DNA of 63,537 bases, filler included, from 11 parts of 11 records of this genome joined end to end with filler, not necessarily neighbours in it; one strand, 5' to 3'; positions 1-12,107 are shown, counted from the whole stretch's first letter. The notes: generated by a model not told the origin, from the sequence alone. Numbers and translations: made by a program.

Positions 1-75
1 CGGCCGTACTGTCTCATACACTGTGGTTTGACGCTGCAGAGAGGACGGGACGGATCGACAGGGTGCGTTGAGGGC

Positions 76-3000
76 ATGCCCGCGACGCGGCAGCGAGGGA
101 GCAGCGCGGTGCTGTTCGGGCTGCCGGGGCAGGACGGGAACTTCATCGACGGGGGCAGCAGCGAGGAGGTGCGGAAGGTGCAGCTGCATCTGAATCCGCA
201 GGCCCAGGTGATCGATGAGCTTACTCCGCGTCCGCCCAAAGACAAGCCGCGTGGGGCCGGGCGGTCGCCTGGAGTGCTGCGACGCACCACCTCCTCAGAC
301 TACCCCCCGCTCCTTTCGATTCTAGAGACGGTTGCTGTGGAAGAGAGCGAAGAGAGCGAAGAGGAGACGGAGGAAGATGAGGAGGAGAACCAGGCGCCGG
401 AGACCGCGGCAGATGAGCAGCTGCTCACGTTTCTGGCGCAGTCCACCGCGCAGCAGCGCCGTAAGGCGTCGCGCAGGAGACTGCAGAAAGTTGATGCTCC
501 GCGACGCACGCTGCCGCTTTTATCGCAGGACACGAAGGCGGCGGGCCTGAAGCTTGCCATGAAGCGTGGTGCAGTGGCTGCTGAAGGTGTCGATGTTGAC
601 ACACTGGACGCAGCGGTGGCCTCCGCTGCAGCCGAGGCTGCACCAGAGCTGACGTCAATACGTGCTATTGAGTTCTCGAATGGTGCGACGTACACCGGGC
701 CAGGAGCAGTGCGGCTGGGAATCTGGTACCCGCACGGCCGCGGAGAGCTTGCGCTGCCACTTTTCTCTGGGCTCGGGGTCAATTCTGGCGCGTACGCTCG
801 TGGTGTCGTCTACTGCGGGATGTATGCTTGGGGGCAGCGGGCGCAGCATGGCACACTGCGTTACCCAGCCACCGACGCGCGCACGCGCGCGCAATTCAAG
901 GAACTATGGAAAGATCTAGAGGATGCCCCGATCGCTGCATTGCGCAAGCGAGTGCTTGGTATGGGCGTCTCCATCGATGGGCTGCGATCAGCAACGGATG
1001 GCGCTGAGGATCCGCGCCGAGAGATGATCAACCTCGCCCTGAGCTATGTGAGTGACGTCTACAAGGGTACGCTACAACCGGCCGGCTCAAACACGGACGC
1101 GAAGACAAATGCTCACCAGTCTCAGATCTTTGAGGTGGTAGACTCAGGTCAGCCGTCACCACCTCCTCCGCCTAAGCTGCAGCGCCACGGTCGTGGGGAG
1201 ATGTGGTGGGGAGGTGTAGACGAGGCGGCATGGCGTGCACATTACGTCGGCACGTTCGAGCAAGATCGCAGGCACGGGACGGGCGTGATGCGATGGCGCG
1301 CGAATGACGTTGTTGTCGGTACCGACACTGCTGGCCACTCCAGGCAAGTGCCGACCGAATACAGGTACGAAGGAGAGTGGAGGGATGGCAAGCCTTGTGG
1401 AAAAGGGAAGATGACAAAGCGGAGGCAAGTACAAGTCACAGGACAGGAAGAAGCGGCAGACGAGCGCGCCAGCAGTCAGCACCCAAAGACGAATGTGTGG
1501 GAGGAGAGCGTAGCTGTGGGGGAGTGGCGTGACGGCGTACCAGTGACGGGCACGATTGACGAGCAGCTACACCTGCCACGAGTCGCCGAACACCAAGATC
1601 GGCGAGAAGCTGTGCTGTCTCCGTCGTCATACCAAGGAGCATGGGGCAACACGAAAAAGTGGCGTGGTGCTCTAGCGCGCTTTCAATCTGCGGGCCGCAA
1701 AGCGATGAAATTGTCGGAGCTCACGCCGCTTCAGCACGCGAAGCGTGTGGCAGGGAAGCGCTTGTGGCGGCTATTCACGCAGGAGGAGAAGTCGATGGCG
1801 CTGGCACGGTCGATGGAGATGCTAGAACAGGCTGAGGACCAAGGCGAGGAACAAGTGTATTGCGACGAAAGAGAGCTCGCGGCTGGCAGCTTAGCAGAGG
1901 CAGATAGCTGGTGGCCACGGCGCAACGGCAAGGGACGGCGAAATCTACCTGAAGGCGGTTGCTTCAGAGGCGTTTGGGCAGCAGGTCTTCCACATGGTGA
2001 GGGCAAGCTCACATTGCCTGATGGCAAGATGATACGCGGTAATCTGTGGAGTGCAGCACGGCCAGGTGTCGTACAGGGTAAGGCCATGGTCTGGTATGCC
2101 GATGGTGGTTCGTACGAGGGGCAGTGGGACGGTAGGTATGGACGCCACGGGAATGGCCTGATGCAGTATCCCGAGAAAAAAACCAACGCCATCAAGGGCG
2201 GGGCGGTTGCTGCACGTGTAGTGGTATACCAAGGAAACTGGGTCAAAGATGAAATTGACGGGCATGGTCAACTGCGCTATTCGGACGGCGCGGAGTACAT
2301 TGGCGAGATCAGAGAAGGTCGCCCTTCTGGTGAAGGTACCATGACATACCCTCCTGGTACGCGGAACCATGCACTGTCACAGGTCGGAAGGTACTGCGCT
2401 AGTGCATCTGCTTCACGTGACACAGGTTCCTGCAGTTCCTTACCTGCTGATGAGTTGGAGCCAGCGTCAGAGCCAGAGCATACAATCGACGAGAATTGTC
2501 CAATAATTGTACGATTTGAGGGCAAGTGGCTGAACGGTTGGCGAGTGCACGGTGCATGTGAGTACAACCCAACCACGCCCGTCCACCAGACTGCGGCCAA
2601 AGGAGAAGTGCGAGAAGGACAAAATCGAGCGGACGCAATCTTCAGTGGCATCGACAGTGACTGGGCAGGATGGTTGCGGTACACCGGTTACCTACAAGAT
2701 AACAAGGAGCATGGCTACGGAGTGGTCGAATATGATGACGGGAGGTGCTTCGAGGGTCAGTTTGACAGCGGCCGTCGTTCGGACTACATCTGTCCGCACA
2801 ATGATGGCCGAAGCAGCGGCACTCCCAGCGAAGCAAAGCCACACGTGAACGCAGAGGGGCGCATGACGTATCCTACAGGGCATGTCTACGTGGGAGAGTT
2901 CTGCCACGGCTTTCGCAATGGTGTCGGCACGATGTGGTATCCGAATTCGGACGGTGTTCAGCCTGTTGCCCAGGCAAGCCTGCCTAAGAACACTGCGCAG

Positions 3001-4392
3001 ACTGCAATTACCAGCCGATCAGTGGCGAGCGTGTTGTACCAAGCAGCGCTGGTGCTGGAAGAAATCGCAGGGATGCTCAACGCGCGAACAAAGCCTGGTC
3101 GAGGCGAGGAGAATCAGTCTGGCCCCGGGACATCAGATCCGCAGATGGAGCGTCGCGAGGCGGAGATTAGTGTGGGTGTGCAGAAGCGCTCGACTAGTTT
3201 CATGCAGCATTCCCAGGCTCCTCCGTCCTCACCGGCACCTGCTGACGAGGCTGGTGGTAGTAGTCGTGCCGTTGAAACCGTGAACGCTGTTACCGTGCTC
3301 GATGAACATTCCGAAACGGACTGCTGCTTTGAGGGCGAATGGCGTTATGATCGGAGGATGAGTGGTCAGCTGGTTAGTAACTTCCCGGAAACGGATTACG
3401 ACATCGCACCATCCTCAGTTGCAGCCGTAGCCTTGGCGGAGAACCAGCGATCACACAAATTGCACAAGGGTGGGCAACGCTTGACAGGGTACGAAGCACG
3501 GCGCTCTAGAGCCTTCGCATGGGAGCGAAAAGGCCCGTGCCGATACGTCGGAGGCTGGCACGACGAGCGACCACATGGGACTGGCGTCATGCGGTGGTGG
3601 TCCAATGGGAAACGAGCAAACGGGACTGCCGCAGCCGGCGGCGAGACCTACACGGGACAGTGGCACTGTGGTGCTCGTCATGGCGTGGGTATCTCAGTAC
3701 AAGCCCAGTCCATCGTGTACAATGGGGACTGGGCGAAGGATCGATGGGATGGCGCTGGCGAGTTGCTCGAATTGTATGCGTGCTCGCGCTACAAGGGCGA
3801 GTTTCGCAAGGGACGGCGACACGGCACTGGCGTCGAAAGGCTGGACGGTGCGGGCGCGGAATACAGTGGAAGATGGGAAGGTGGCGTAATGCATGGACCA
3901 GGTGTTTATCGCTATCGCGACGGATCTGAGTGGGCGCGGACGTATGCGAACGGCGAGCTGGTCACCGACAAGCTGGTCGGTGGACCAAATCAAATGGTCG
4001 ACGGTGTCGTAGGAATGGAAGAAGGCTGGCCAATGCAGGTGCAGGACGGTGATGAGCTAAACTCGACGCAGTCGCAGACCCCACGCACTGATAGTACCGC
4101 CGCGTTGGAATATGATGACAGGATGGCCAAGCTTCGTTCTCGCCACCGGGCTGTGCTGCTGAGTGTCGAGGCTCGAGTATCAAAGGAGCTCAAGAAGCAG
4201 CGCTCTGGATTCAACCGAACGCAGAAAACCAAGATTTTGATGGTGCTAGCAATGCGCAACGCGATGCTAATGGCGCGTCAGCGTGCGGCGGCATCAGAGG
4301 CGACCACGCAGAAAGAAGTGGTCAGCATTCGGCTGAGCCAGCTGCAGACTATGCCATCCGCTACTGTGGAGGAGCTGCAGGCCGAAGGATAG
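76..4392 (+). CDS. Large MORN-repeat protein, apparently single exon
   Basis: ORF 28..4392, first ATG at 76. Many Y-x-G-x-W/F-x2-G-x2-HG-x-G units (YVGTFEQDRRHGTG, YEGEWRDGKPCGKG, YTGQWHCGARHGVG, YKGEFRKGRRHGTG) separated by long low-complexity inserts. Confidence 0.9.
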   Translation: MPATRQRGSSAVLFGLPGQDGNFIDGGSSEEVRKVQLHLNPQAQVIDELTPRPPKDKPRGAGRSPGVLRRTTSSDYPPLLSILETVAVEESEESEEETEEDEEENQAPETAADEQLLTFLAQSTAQQRRKASRRRLQKVDAPRRTLPLLSQDTKAAGLKLAMKRGAVAAEGVDVDTLDAAVASAAAEAAPELTSIRAIEFSNGATYTGPGAVRLGIWYPHGRGELALPLFSGLGVNSGAYARGVVYCGMYAWGQRAQHGTLRYPATDARTRAQFKELWKDLEDAPIAALRKRVLGMGVSIDGLRSATDGAEDPRREMINLALSYVSDVYKGTLQPAGSNTDAKTNAHQSQIFEVVDSGQPSPPPPPKLQRHGRGEMWWGGVDEAAWRAHYVGTFEQDRRHGTGVMRWRANDVVVGTDTAGHSRQVPTEYRYEGEWRDGKPCGKGKMTKRRQVQVTGQEEAADERASSQHPKTNVWEESVAVGEWRDGVPVTGTIDEQLHLPRVAEHQDRREAVLSPSSYQGAWGNTKKWRGALARFQSAGRKAMKLSELTPLQHAKRVAGKRLWRLFTQEEKSMALARSMEMLEQAEDQGEEQVYCDERELAAGSLAEADSWWPRRNGKGRRNLPEGGCFRGVWAAGLPHGEGKLTLPDGKMIRGNLWSAARPGVVQGKAMVWYADGGSYEGQWDGRYGRHGNGLMQYPEKKTNAIKGGAVAARVVVYQGNWVKDEIDGHGQLRYSDGAEYIGEIREGRPSGEGTMTYPPGTRNHALSQVGRYCASASASRDTGSCSSLPADELEPASEPEHTIDENCPIIVRFEGKWLNGWRVHGACEYNPTTPVHQTAAKGEVREGQNRADAIFSGIDSDWAGWLRYTGYLQDNKEHGYGVVEYDDGRCFEGQFDSGRRSDYICPHNDGRSSGTPSEAKPHVNAEGRMTYPTGHVYVGEFCHGFRNGVGTMWYPNSDGVQPVAQASLPKNTAQTAITSRSVASVLYQAALVLEEIAGMLNARTKPGRGEENQSGPGTSDPQMERREAEISVGVQKRSTSFMQHSQAPPSSPAPADEAGGSSRAVETVNAVTVLDEHSETDCCFEGEWRYDRRMSGQLVSNFPETDYDIAPSSVAAVALAENQRSHKLHKGGQRLTGYEARRSRAFAWERKGPCRYVGGWHDERPHGTGVMRWWSNGKRANGTAAAGGETYTGQWHCGARHGVGISVQAQSIVYNGDWAKDRWDGAGELLELYACSRYKGEFRKGRRHGTGVERLDGAGAEYSGRWEGGVMHGPGVYRYRDGSEWARTYANGELVTDKLVGGPNQMVDGVVGMEEGWPMQVQDGDELNSTQSQTPRTDSTAALEYDDRMAKLRSRHRAVLLSVEARVSKELKKQRSGFNRTQKTKILMVLAMRNAMLMARQRAAASEATTQKEVVSIRLSQLQTMPSATVEELQAEG

Positions 4393-4510
4393 GCTTGAGC
4401 TGTTCAATGATTTAGTGTTATTACTCATGTCCACATCAGCTGACTGCCAGTGCGGAATTACAGAAGGTGTACGTCGTACCATCTAGTTCTCTGCTGCACC
4501 CTTTGGTCGA

Positions 4511-5835
4511 TCAGACGTGCAAGGCTAATGTGCCGGCGATGTCAGCCGCGGCCGCTGCTGGCGACACACGACCCTCTTCGACGGCTTTAGCAAGTGCGGC
4601 ATGCTGCGGGTCTCTCCTCAAGCCGTCCACCACCATGTCGCCAACCGCAGCCCACAGCCACGACAGCCGTTGCTCAGCTCGGCCGCGTTGCATTGCACCG
4701 CCACGCTCCGCCACTTCTTTGTACTCGAGCACAGTCTCCCAGAGATGGTCAATCCCAGTGCATTCGTGCGCGGAGACAAGCACGGCGTCTGGCTGCCAGC
4801 CCGGTGTGCGTGGTCGCAGTAGCTGCATCACCGATTTGTACTCAGCCCGTGTAGCGGCAGCGGCTTGCTTGAGCTTTCCATCCGCCTTGTTGACCACAAC
4901 CTATTGGTGACACCACACCCATGGCATCAATTGTCATGCAGGCTTGATAAACGTTAACGACAGTCGGCGGCAGCGGCGGTAGAGGGGCAGCAGAAGGCCG
5001 CTGTACCAGGTCAGCGAGCTCCATCACACCACGCTTGATGCCCTGCAGGCCGTCACCTCCACCTGGTGGTACCACCAGTGCAGTCATGTCGACAAAGGAC
5101 GAGACTGCCGTCTCCGACTGCCCAACGCCGACGGTCTCCACGAGGATAATGTCGTATCCCGCCGCCTCGCACAAGAAGAGTGTCTCTTCAGTTTTCCGGG
5201 CGACGCCGCCTAGCACACCGCGCGTCGGCGACGGTCGCACGAACGCACGTTCGTGGACGCTTAGCTCGGCCATGCGCGTCTTATCGCCCAGAATGGAGCC
5301 ACCGGAGAGCACGGAGGACGGATCGACCGCCAACACTGCCACACGGTGCTCCCGCCCCGTCTCACCGTCCTCTCCCGCTAGCAGCCACTTGCCTAATGTC
5401 TCCACCAGCGACGACTTCCCCACGCCCGGCGGCCCGCACAGCCCGATCCGAAACGCCTCCGGTTTCGTCCCGACTCCGACAAAGTGCGTGTGCAGGTGCT
5501 GCAGCAGCAGCCGCGATTGGGCGGCATCGCTCACCGTCGTCGACTCGATCAGCGTGATCGCGCGGCTCAGGCTGCGCCGATCCCCAGCTAACAGGCCTGC
5601 GCGAACGTGATCCGATCAGATGAGTCAGCTCAGGTCACTGGCAAGAAAATGCGGACTATCTCTGCGCTGAGCTCGCTGTAAACGACGACTGACGAGCAAC
5701 GAACTGGTGAGCAGTGAGGTACGCCCGGTACGGCGCTCTCTTACCATCGGCGAGCTTTTTGGTGGCCGGGGCGAGGGAGAGGCGTCTCGTTCCTCTGCGC
5801 CCCAGCAGCGCAGGGCGGCGGCGCAGCAGCATCAT
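4511..5835 (-). CDS. MMAA: Methylmalonyl-CoA mutase-associated GTPase (MMAA/MeaB family), probably mitochondrial; exons 5835-5745, 5596-5007, 4900-4511
   Basis: Motifs [18 protein letters not shown] (P-loop), [35 protein letters not shown] and VSA. Two GT-AG introns (148 and 106 nt) give one frame of 357 codons. The N-terminus is Arg/Leu-rich. Confidence 0.95.
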
Positions 5836-6036
5836 CGCTCCCCCAGTCGATCCGTGAGTCGACGAGCGGACCCTGGACTGTCCCGGTCTCTCCCTGTACG
5901 CTTTATAGCGCCAAATCACTGCAGCCACGGCGACAGGGGTGGTTCGTTACCGCGCGGTACGTCGTATCTCGTGTCGAGCGCGCGAGTGCACGCGGCGCCC
6001 GTGTCCGTCGTCGCGAGCGCGAGTGCACGCGCGGCG

Positions 6037-6136
6037 NNNNNNNNNNNNNNNNNNNNNNNNNNNNNNNNNNNNNNNNNNNNTTAATTAATTAANNNNNNNN
6101 NNNNNNNNNNNNNNNNNNNNNNNNNNNNNNNNNNNN
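6037..6136. other. Artificial contig-joining spacer (first of 10)
   Basis: Identical N44-TTAATTAATTAA-N44 blocks at 6037-6136, 10627-10726, 16203-16302, 25031-25130, 28479-28578, 36781-36880, 42484-42583, 46303-46402, 54534-54633 and 60105-60204. The 12-mer puts TAA in all six frames. Confidence 0.99.
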
Positions 6137-6455
6137 TTTGGCAAACCGGCTTTTTCCTGGATGTGCACACCCCTTCCACTGCCCTCCTGTGCATGGACCG
6201 ACTCCCCGCCGGTGGCAGTCCTTACAATGTAGAGCATCAGGTGTCATCTGCTTGAGCTCCGGCTCCCACAGCTGTGGCTCTGGCTCTGACTGCGGCTCTG
6301 TTTCCGGTTTGGGCAAGCGCAGACGGTTTGGCCACGCCTGGCGGCTGTTGCAGAGTGGCTTTGGAGCCCTCGGAACACGACGGACGCCGAGTCGGCCTTG
6401 CCGCGCATCGAAGCCTTCCGCTGCCTGCTCAATAGGCGAGGCGTGTGGGCTGCGC
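6137..6455 (-). CDS. Probable coding exon of an unknown gene, truncated by the contig end
   Basis: Open frame after a CACAG acceptor, encoding PETEPQSEPEP and a Cys/His cluster HCKDCHRRGVGPC..CAH. Upstream exon not identified. Confidence 0.35.
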
Positions 6456-6784
6456 CTGTGACCAATGCAGCCGCACGCTCAGCGCCGCACGGCCCAGGCT
6501 CATGCTACGACCAGCGTTGAGAACCATATCTTGAAATGCAATGCATTATTTTCACATGTTACGATAGCGCCCTATCATAAGTCAGGAGGCCGTTTATTTG
6601 CCGTGAATGGAGAGGGGAGCTCGCTTTCTGCTACGAGCAGCGTTCAGTACTGAGTGACGTCCTGACACCTAAGTCAGCTGTTGCATAATTCTTGTGCGAT
6701 GAAACCTCCAAGCATGCTACTTTTACATTGGAGCTACAGAATGATGGCGTACTGCGATACGCTCTCAATCTGCTTATAGAAAAT

Positions 6785-9700
6785 CTACAGACAGCTTGGA
6801 TTGCTGGGCCAGGGCCTTTGATCAACCGAAGTGCAACTGCCCCTGCCAAAGTAGCAATCCCCGAAGGCCTGGGCAACCGTACGGTTGTCGATGCTCCAGT
6901 GGTGTGGTGTCGCGCCACTCCAGGCGTTCGCACCGTCGACCGTCGCCTCACAGTGCACGATACACGCTGGAAAGAAGACACCCATGGCATTTGCCTGCAC
7001 CTGCGCGAACGCATCTCGCATGGTTTTGCCATAACCTTGAAAGCGTTGCATGCAGGTGTTGTTATGCAGGCAAGCACTGGTAGGACTGAAACCAGTCAAA
7101 AACGGCACCGCGCCAGCACCAGTCGGATCCTGAAGCTGCAAGATGTTCAGCAGCTGCCACGCGTCATACTGCGACTCGAGCGCAAACAGCTTGGTAGTGA
7201 GGTGCGGAAATACGTACTGCGCAAACATGCATCGCCATTCGCTGCCCACATTCGCCTCCTTGCAGGTCGGGTCAATTCCTGACGTACCGTTGCTCAGCAC
7301 AAAGGTGCTGTTCATCTCTGACCGGAAGACATATTCTCCTTGGGTGTTTTGAGCGTCCAAAAAATATCCACCATCGGGAAAACCAATAACATCTGCATTG
7401 GGAGCCAGCGTCTTGAGCATCGCTGCGATTTGGTCCAGATGCAAGAAGACAGTTAGCCCGCCGGCGCTGTTGCCAGAAATGATGATCCTCCGAGCATTCC
7501 GTAGCCCATAGTCAGTAGCCAGAGCATGGAATACAGCAATCAGGTTGCGCTTCCCACGAAAATACAGTGTCTGATTCGTAGCTGCGTGATAAATGGGGGT
7601 ATCAAGATCACCAGTAAATGAAAATCCGTCGACATAGTTAACGAACACCTTAGTAAAATTCGCAAAGTCTGGATTTATGCTAGGATCTGCAGACAAAAAG
7701 CCTCCCTGAAACGGGCAAGTCGGAGGAGGTGGCCCCATGCCTTTTGCCCGATGTGCGCAATCATCCAGCCCATAGCACCTGCACACAGAGATGAGTTAAC
7801 CGGAAGGGCGCTCTGTTTCACATTCTTGTTGGCTAAGGAACTTACCATCCCCCACCTTCAAAGTCAATAATGAAGCTATCCTGCAGCATGCCTTCCTGTT
7901 GAACATAAATCGACTGCGGCGAGCCGTCAAGCCCACGCGCGCCATGAGTTTCCACGTAGCTATTGAGCATGACAAGCGGAAATGGTGGTGGGCCACGGTA
8001 TGGTAGTGCGAGTGTCGCCTCAACCAGCGTCTTTAGTACGAAGGAGTCGAAAACTTCATGCGTGGTATTCCATCCTAGATAGTGAGGTGGTGGGGGAGGT
8101 GGTGGAAGAGGTGGTGGCGGAGTGGGCTCACACTGCCTTTGAACCTCGGGGCACATCCACTGTGAGTTGTTTCCGCATCCAGCGCCTACCTTTGGGTCAC
8201 GCGTGCACCACGAGCCACACGGCCCAGCTCCGGCAGTAATCCATTTTGAATCGTTATAGCAAACCACGCCACGGTACGCATAGCCTAGGCTGTCAGGTGG
8301 GTTGGGGTCTGGGTAAGGGAATGCAGCTGGACATCTGATGTTGCAGCAGTGCAGGTAGCAATCCGGACCTGTCACAAGAAAGTTTCCACGTCAAACCGTC
8401 GCAGAACTTGCTGTGAAAATGAAACGAAACAGTCGGGTCTGCATGTTGATTGCTCACCAGGGCAGCCGCAGCCGCAAGCTGGATTCGGTGGGGAGCAGTA
8501 ACTGACGTTCTGAAGGCACCAGTCTCCACAGCCTCCCGAGCCAGCAGAAGCACTCGCAGCCGTCTTCCAGCACGTCGTCCCAGCACGTGTCGCGGTATTT
8601 GGGTGCTTGTTGGCGTAAGGGTAGACCTTGTCGTGGCAGGATCCTTCTGGAGCGGGCATAGTGCAAGTCGTTAGCTCCAGTTCAAGTCCACTCACCACTA
8701 CATGACCAAGCTGAAACGGCATGTAGTAGACAACGGCATTGCTTGGTGCAGCTGATGTGGTGCCACCGACGGCTGGTGCTTTGAAGTCCTGTCCAAAGAT
8801 TGCCTCCGCCCATACCCCCATCCCCTGAACTCGTGTTACATTCTGTGTGCTTGAGTCATGCACGTTGAACGATGTACCCACACGTTCGTAGCCATCACAT
8901 GCACCTGGGAGCGGTCCAAACGCTGCGAAAAAAGCATCATCTAGGCGACCTTCATGGGTTGCCAGGTCACGGATTCCCGCAGGAACATTGGGTTCATTGT
9001 CTGGAATCCCAAGGCCGGTCGGAGTGCCCGTATCGATCGTCCACCACGCTATGTACATGTATCACCAACAGCAAGATGAACAGAGTCAGCAATCAGTTGT
9101 TCACGAGAGCGTGGACAAAGGACATCGTACTGCTGTAGTTGGACAGGTAGCCATAAGGTCACACAGAGAAGAGAGAGAGAGCTCACGCGAGTGAAACATC
9201 ACGAGAGTGCTACGGAAGGGCATCAACGTCGAAGCAGCGTGCGTCGTAGGCCAGTCGTTTGTTTCTGCAACAAGCAGTCTGGCACCACCAGCCACCACCT
9301 GTTCCAACTGCTTACCAACTGGCGATGCTGGATCAGTGTCGCCAATTCCTGCGACATACAGCGCACAAAATGGCCATGGGCTGCTGACTGGAAACGGCTG
9401 AGCGGTCGGGACGACCATCCGCACTTTAGTAAGCAGCTTGAACGAAGCGAAAACCTGCGTCGTTGAGCTGACAGTTGCCGTGGCAGGTGCAGGGTAGGCC
9501 CATGCAGTCCAGTCGTTGATGCGTGGGCTCGTCAGCTCCGCGCAAGAGAGTCGCACTGCCAGTCGAAATTGCATGGGTTTCGCCAGCGTTCCATTGATGC
9601 GCCAGCTCGGGGTACTGGGCACCCGATGCACGACACCTTGGTCAATTACACCAGGGATGCTGATGACACCAGAGCTTAGGTTGTGACTCGAGTTGGGCCC

Positions 9701-10626
9701 ATGCGTCACGTCGCTAAACGTCCACACAATTCTGCAGCTGCTCAACGTCGACGGCCAGAAGTTGCTGACAACAAGCGTGCGCTCCAGCAGCTCACCACTC
9801 GCATAAACAGCATCCTGCTCCTTAACCTTCCAGAAAGTACCATTCTCGACAAGCACTACAACAGGATCAACAAACTGCTTGATACGGGCTGGTGTTAACG
9901 CGCCGCCTTGAGTCTTTGGTTGGTACATGTAGTCAACCAGGCCATCATTTCCACCAAGGATGTCTTGAAACAGCCACCATGAGTGCCCCGTGACGTACGG
10001 TGCCAACCTCAAGAACTCGACCGTTGCCTTCCAACAGAAATAGGCGTGAGTGTTTGTTTTGTTAACGAAAGATGCCAGTCGATCCGACGTAAAGCCGCGC
10101 GCGTGCAACGAGTCCAGTGCCGCCTGATGCGCATCGACCTGCAAATTTGTCTTTCTCATGGCAGCAATCTCGCGAGCAAGGTCGGGAAAAGTTCCAAAAT
10201 TGCCCATCTCGTGAGAAACGAGAGGTTTTGGCGGCGCACACTGCTCCTCAGAGGAGCCAGTCCCGATACAAGGAACGTGGTTGTGCAGATTGGAGTACAT
10301 GTCTGGGTAAACCATCGGCGTGGTGATGCCATATGAAGGCGTCATGAAGTCATTTGTAGGTCCAGCACAGCTGCCATTCGCGTAAGGTAGCGGGCATATC
10401 GGCGCCATGTCGACCGCAATCTGCTGCTTGCTCTTGTGCGGGTCAGTAGCTGCCCAGCAGCACCCGTCGGTGTCGAGCACATGCAGCTCAGGCCGCATTT
10501 GCTTCGCTTTCGCGTAAAACTCCTGACGGAAAGGATAGGGTGCTCCTGGCCAGCCGCCGAGCATACCAGGCCTTAGTTGTTTTGGTGGCAAGCCATATGC
10601 TTCGTTGCACATGTTCACGTCCATTA
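6785..10626 (-). CDS. 5'-truncated multidomain CAZyme: GH2-like region, two Cys-rich modules, Pro linker, pectin acetylesterase/Notum (CE13) domain
   Basis: Introns 9186-9049, 8457-8369 and 7845-7779 join four ORFs in frame (FHS-P-WW, GCP-G-PDC, FEGGGW-C). GH2-like motifs MCNE, LVSHEMGNF, W.FQD, GLVD. CE13 motifs GGGWC, GNSAGG, DGGYFLD, YDAWQL, CIVHC. Confidence 0.85.
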
Positions 10627-11018
10627 NNNNNNNNNNNNNNNNNNNNNNNNNNNNNNNNNNNNNNNNNNNNTTAATTAATTAANNNNNNNNNNNNNNNNNN
10701 NNNNNNNNNNNNNNNNNNNNNNNNNNGGGCGCTTGCGCTTGCGCCCGTTGTGGTGCCTGCGCTTTTGTGTTGTTCTTTTCTTAATATAAGTTCTCTTATA
10801 CGGATATCTAGCTACTGTAGAGGATATCGACGGGCGGACGCGCCTCCCGCCGCGGCCGGGGGCGCGCGGTGGTCTCACCTGCGCGTGCGTGGGGGGCCGC
10901 TATTATACCGTACGTAGCCTTACGTGCCTGCGATGCGTGGACGGACGCCACCGTGCTTGCTTCTTGCGGTCGGATCGAGAGCAGCAGGCACGCGTGCGTG
11001 ATATCGGTTGAAACGTTG

Positions 11019-11819
11019 ATGCCGCTGCGCCGCCAGCAACCGCCGCAGGGTGGTGCCCTGGTGGTCGGCAGGGTCGTCCTCGCCAAGTGGCACTGTGCGC
11101 GACCCCGCCGGTAGCTGCTCCGAGTGCTGTCGCACCGGACGCTACGCTGGCCAGCCTGGACGTGCTGCCGGGCGCGGCCATCGACCCACACCTCTTCGGC
11201 TATGACTTCGCCGAGGAGTCGAAGGTTCTCGCCATTCACTTCCAACGACACAGCGGGCCTGGTGATGACGAGGCGCTGGATCCCAGTGTCCTTTTTTGAT
11301 ACTCGACCAGCTCTAGCAGCACGCAAGACATGGAACAGCTTGCGTGGCCAGTTTATTCCCGGCTCCGGCTGGCGATGGTGGAGGGTACGGAGGGTGGCTC
11401 AAGAACCTCGCCCCGCCCGTCAACAATCTTCCAATTGGTAGCTTCGCCGGCGCGTCTTTCCTGGCTGACCTGGGTGGCAAGCACGGCGGGTAATCTGGTC
11501 TGTCAACGTCTACAGCCTCAGTACGAGTGAGACTTGTGAGCAAACCGAGTACATTTCGAAAGTGCCAGGACAGTAGCAGCCGGGCACCATGCTCGAGCGC
11601 CTGGGCAATGAGCTGGGAATGGCGCCGCTGGCCATACCAAAGTAACCCAATGCAGCTGTCTATATGCTGAAGCCATGGTCCCTATTGTGGCGTGCGAGAG
11701 GAAACTCATGCCCAAGTCGAAGGTCGGGGCCGCTGCACGCGACGGAACTGATGCTGCCAACCGCTGGAGTCTACACTATGATACCGCTGTCGTTCGCGCT
11801 CGTGGAGCCTCTAGCATGA
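11019..11819 (+). pseudogene. Degenerate secreted clan GH-A glycoside hydrolase (GH79/GH51-like) pseudogene
   Basis: Fragments across frames: hydrophobic leader, IDPHLFGYDF, LDPSVL(stop)Y at the LRYPGG position, VIWSVNVYS, LGNEL (11601-11615), YAEAMVPIVAC.RKLMPKSKV, then the C-terminal GVYTMIPLSFAL. Several frameshifts and stops plus an apparent large internal deletion; no splice sites that repair them. Confidence 0.65.
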
Positions 11820-12107
11820 CTTAGTGTCAAGCGGTGTCTAGCTACTACTTCGAAGTAGCTAGTGTGATCCTTCCACTGGGTGTCAAATCCAATCACTGCA
11901 AGTTGTTCGAATAAAAGTGCAACCTGATACCAGTATGATACAGTCTTCATAGTGTCGAACAATCCATCGGCCGTGTACTGTCAATAGCAGCTCAGATGTC
12001 CCGTTGCGATCCTGGTGCTGTCTTCGGTCTGTGAGAATGCTCGTAGTAAGCTACGATTGACAACGCCACTGATCACAGGATGACCAATGCAAATCTTGTG
12101 AGTCTGC

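Noticed and set aside
6081..6092. TTAATTAATTAA recurring ten times as a possible biological repeat
   Set aside because: Always centred in exactly 44+44 Ns, so it is a synthetic six-frame-stop linker.
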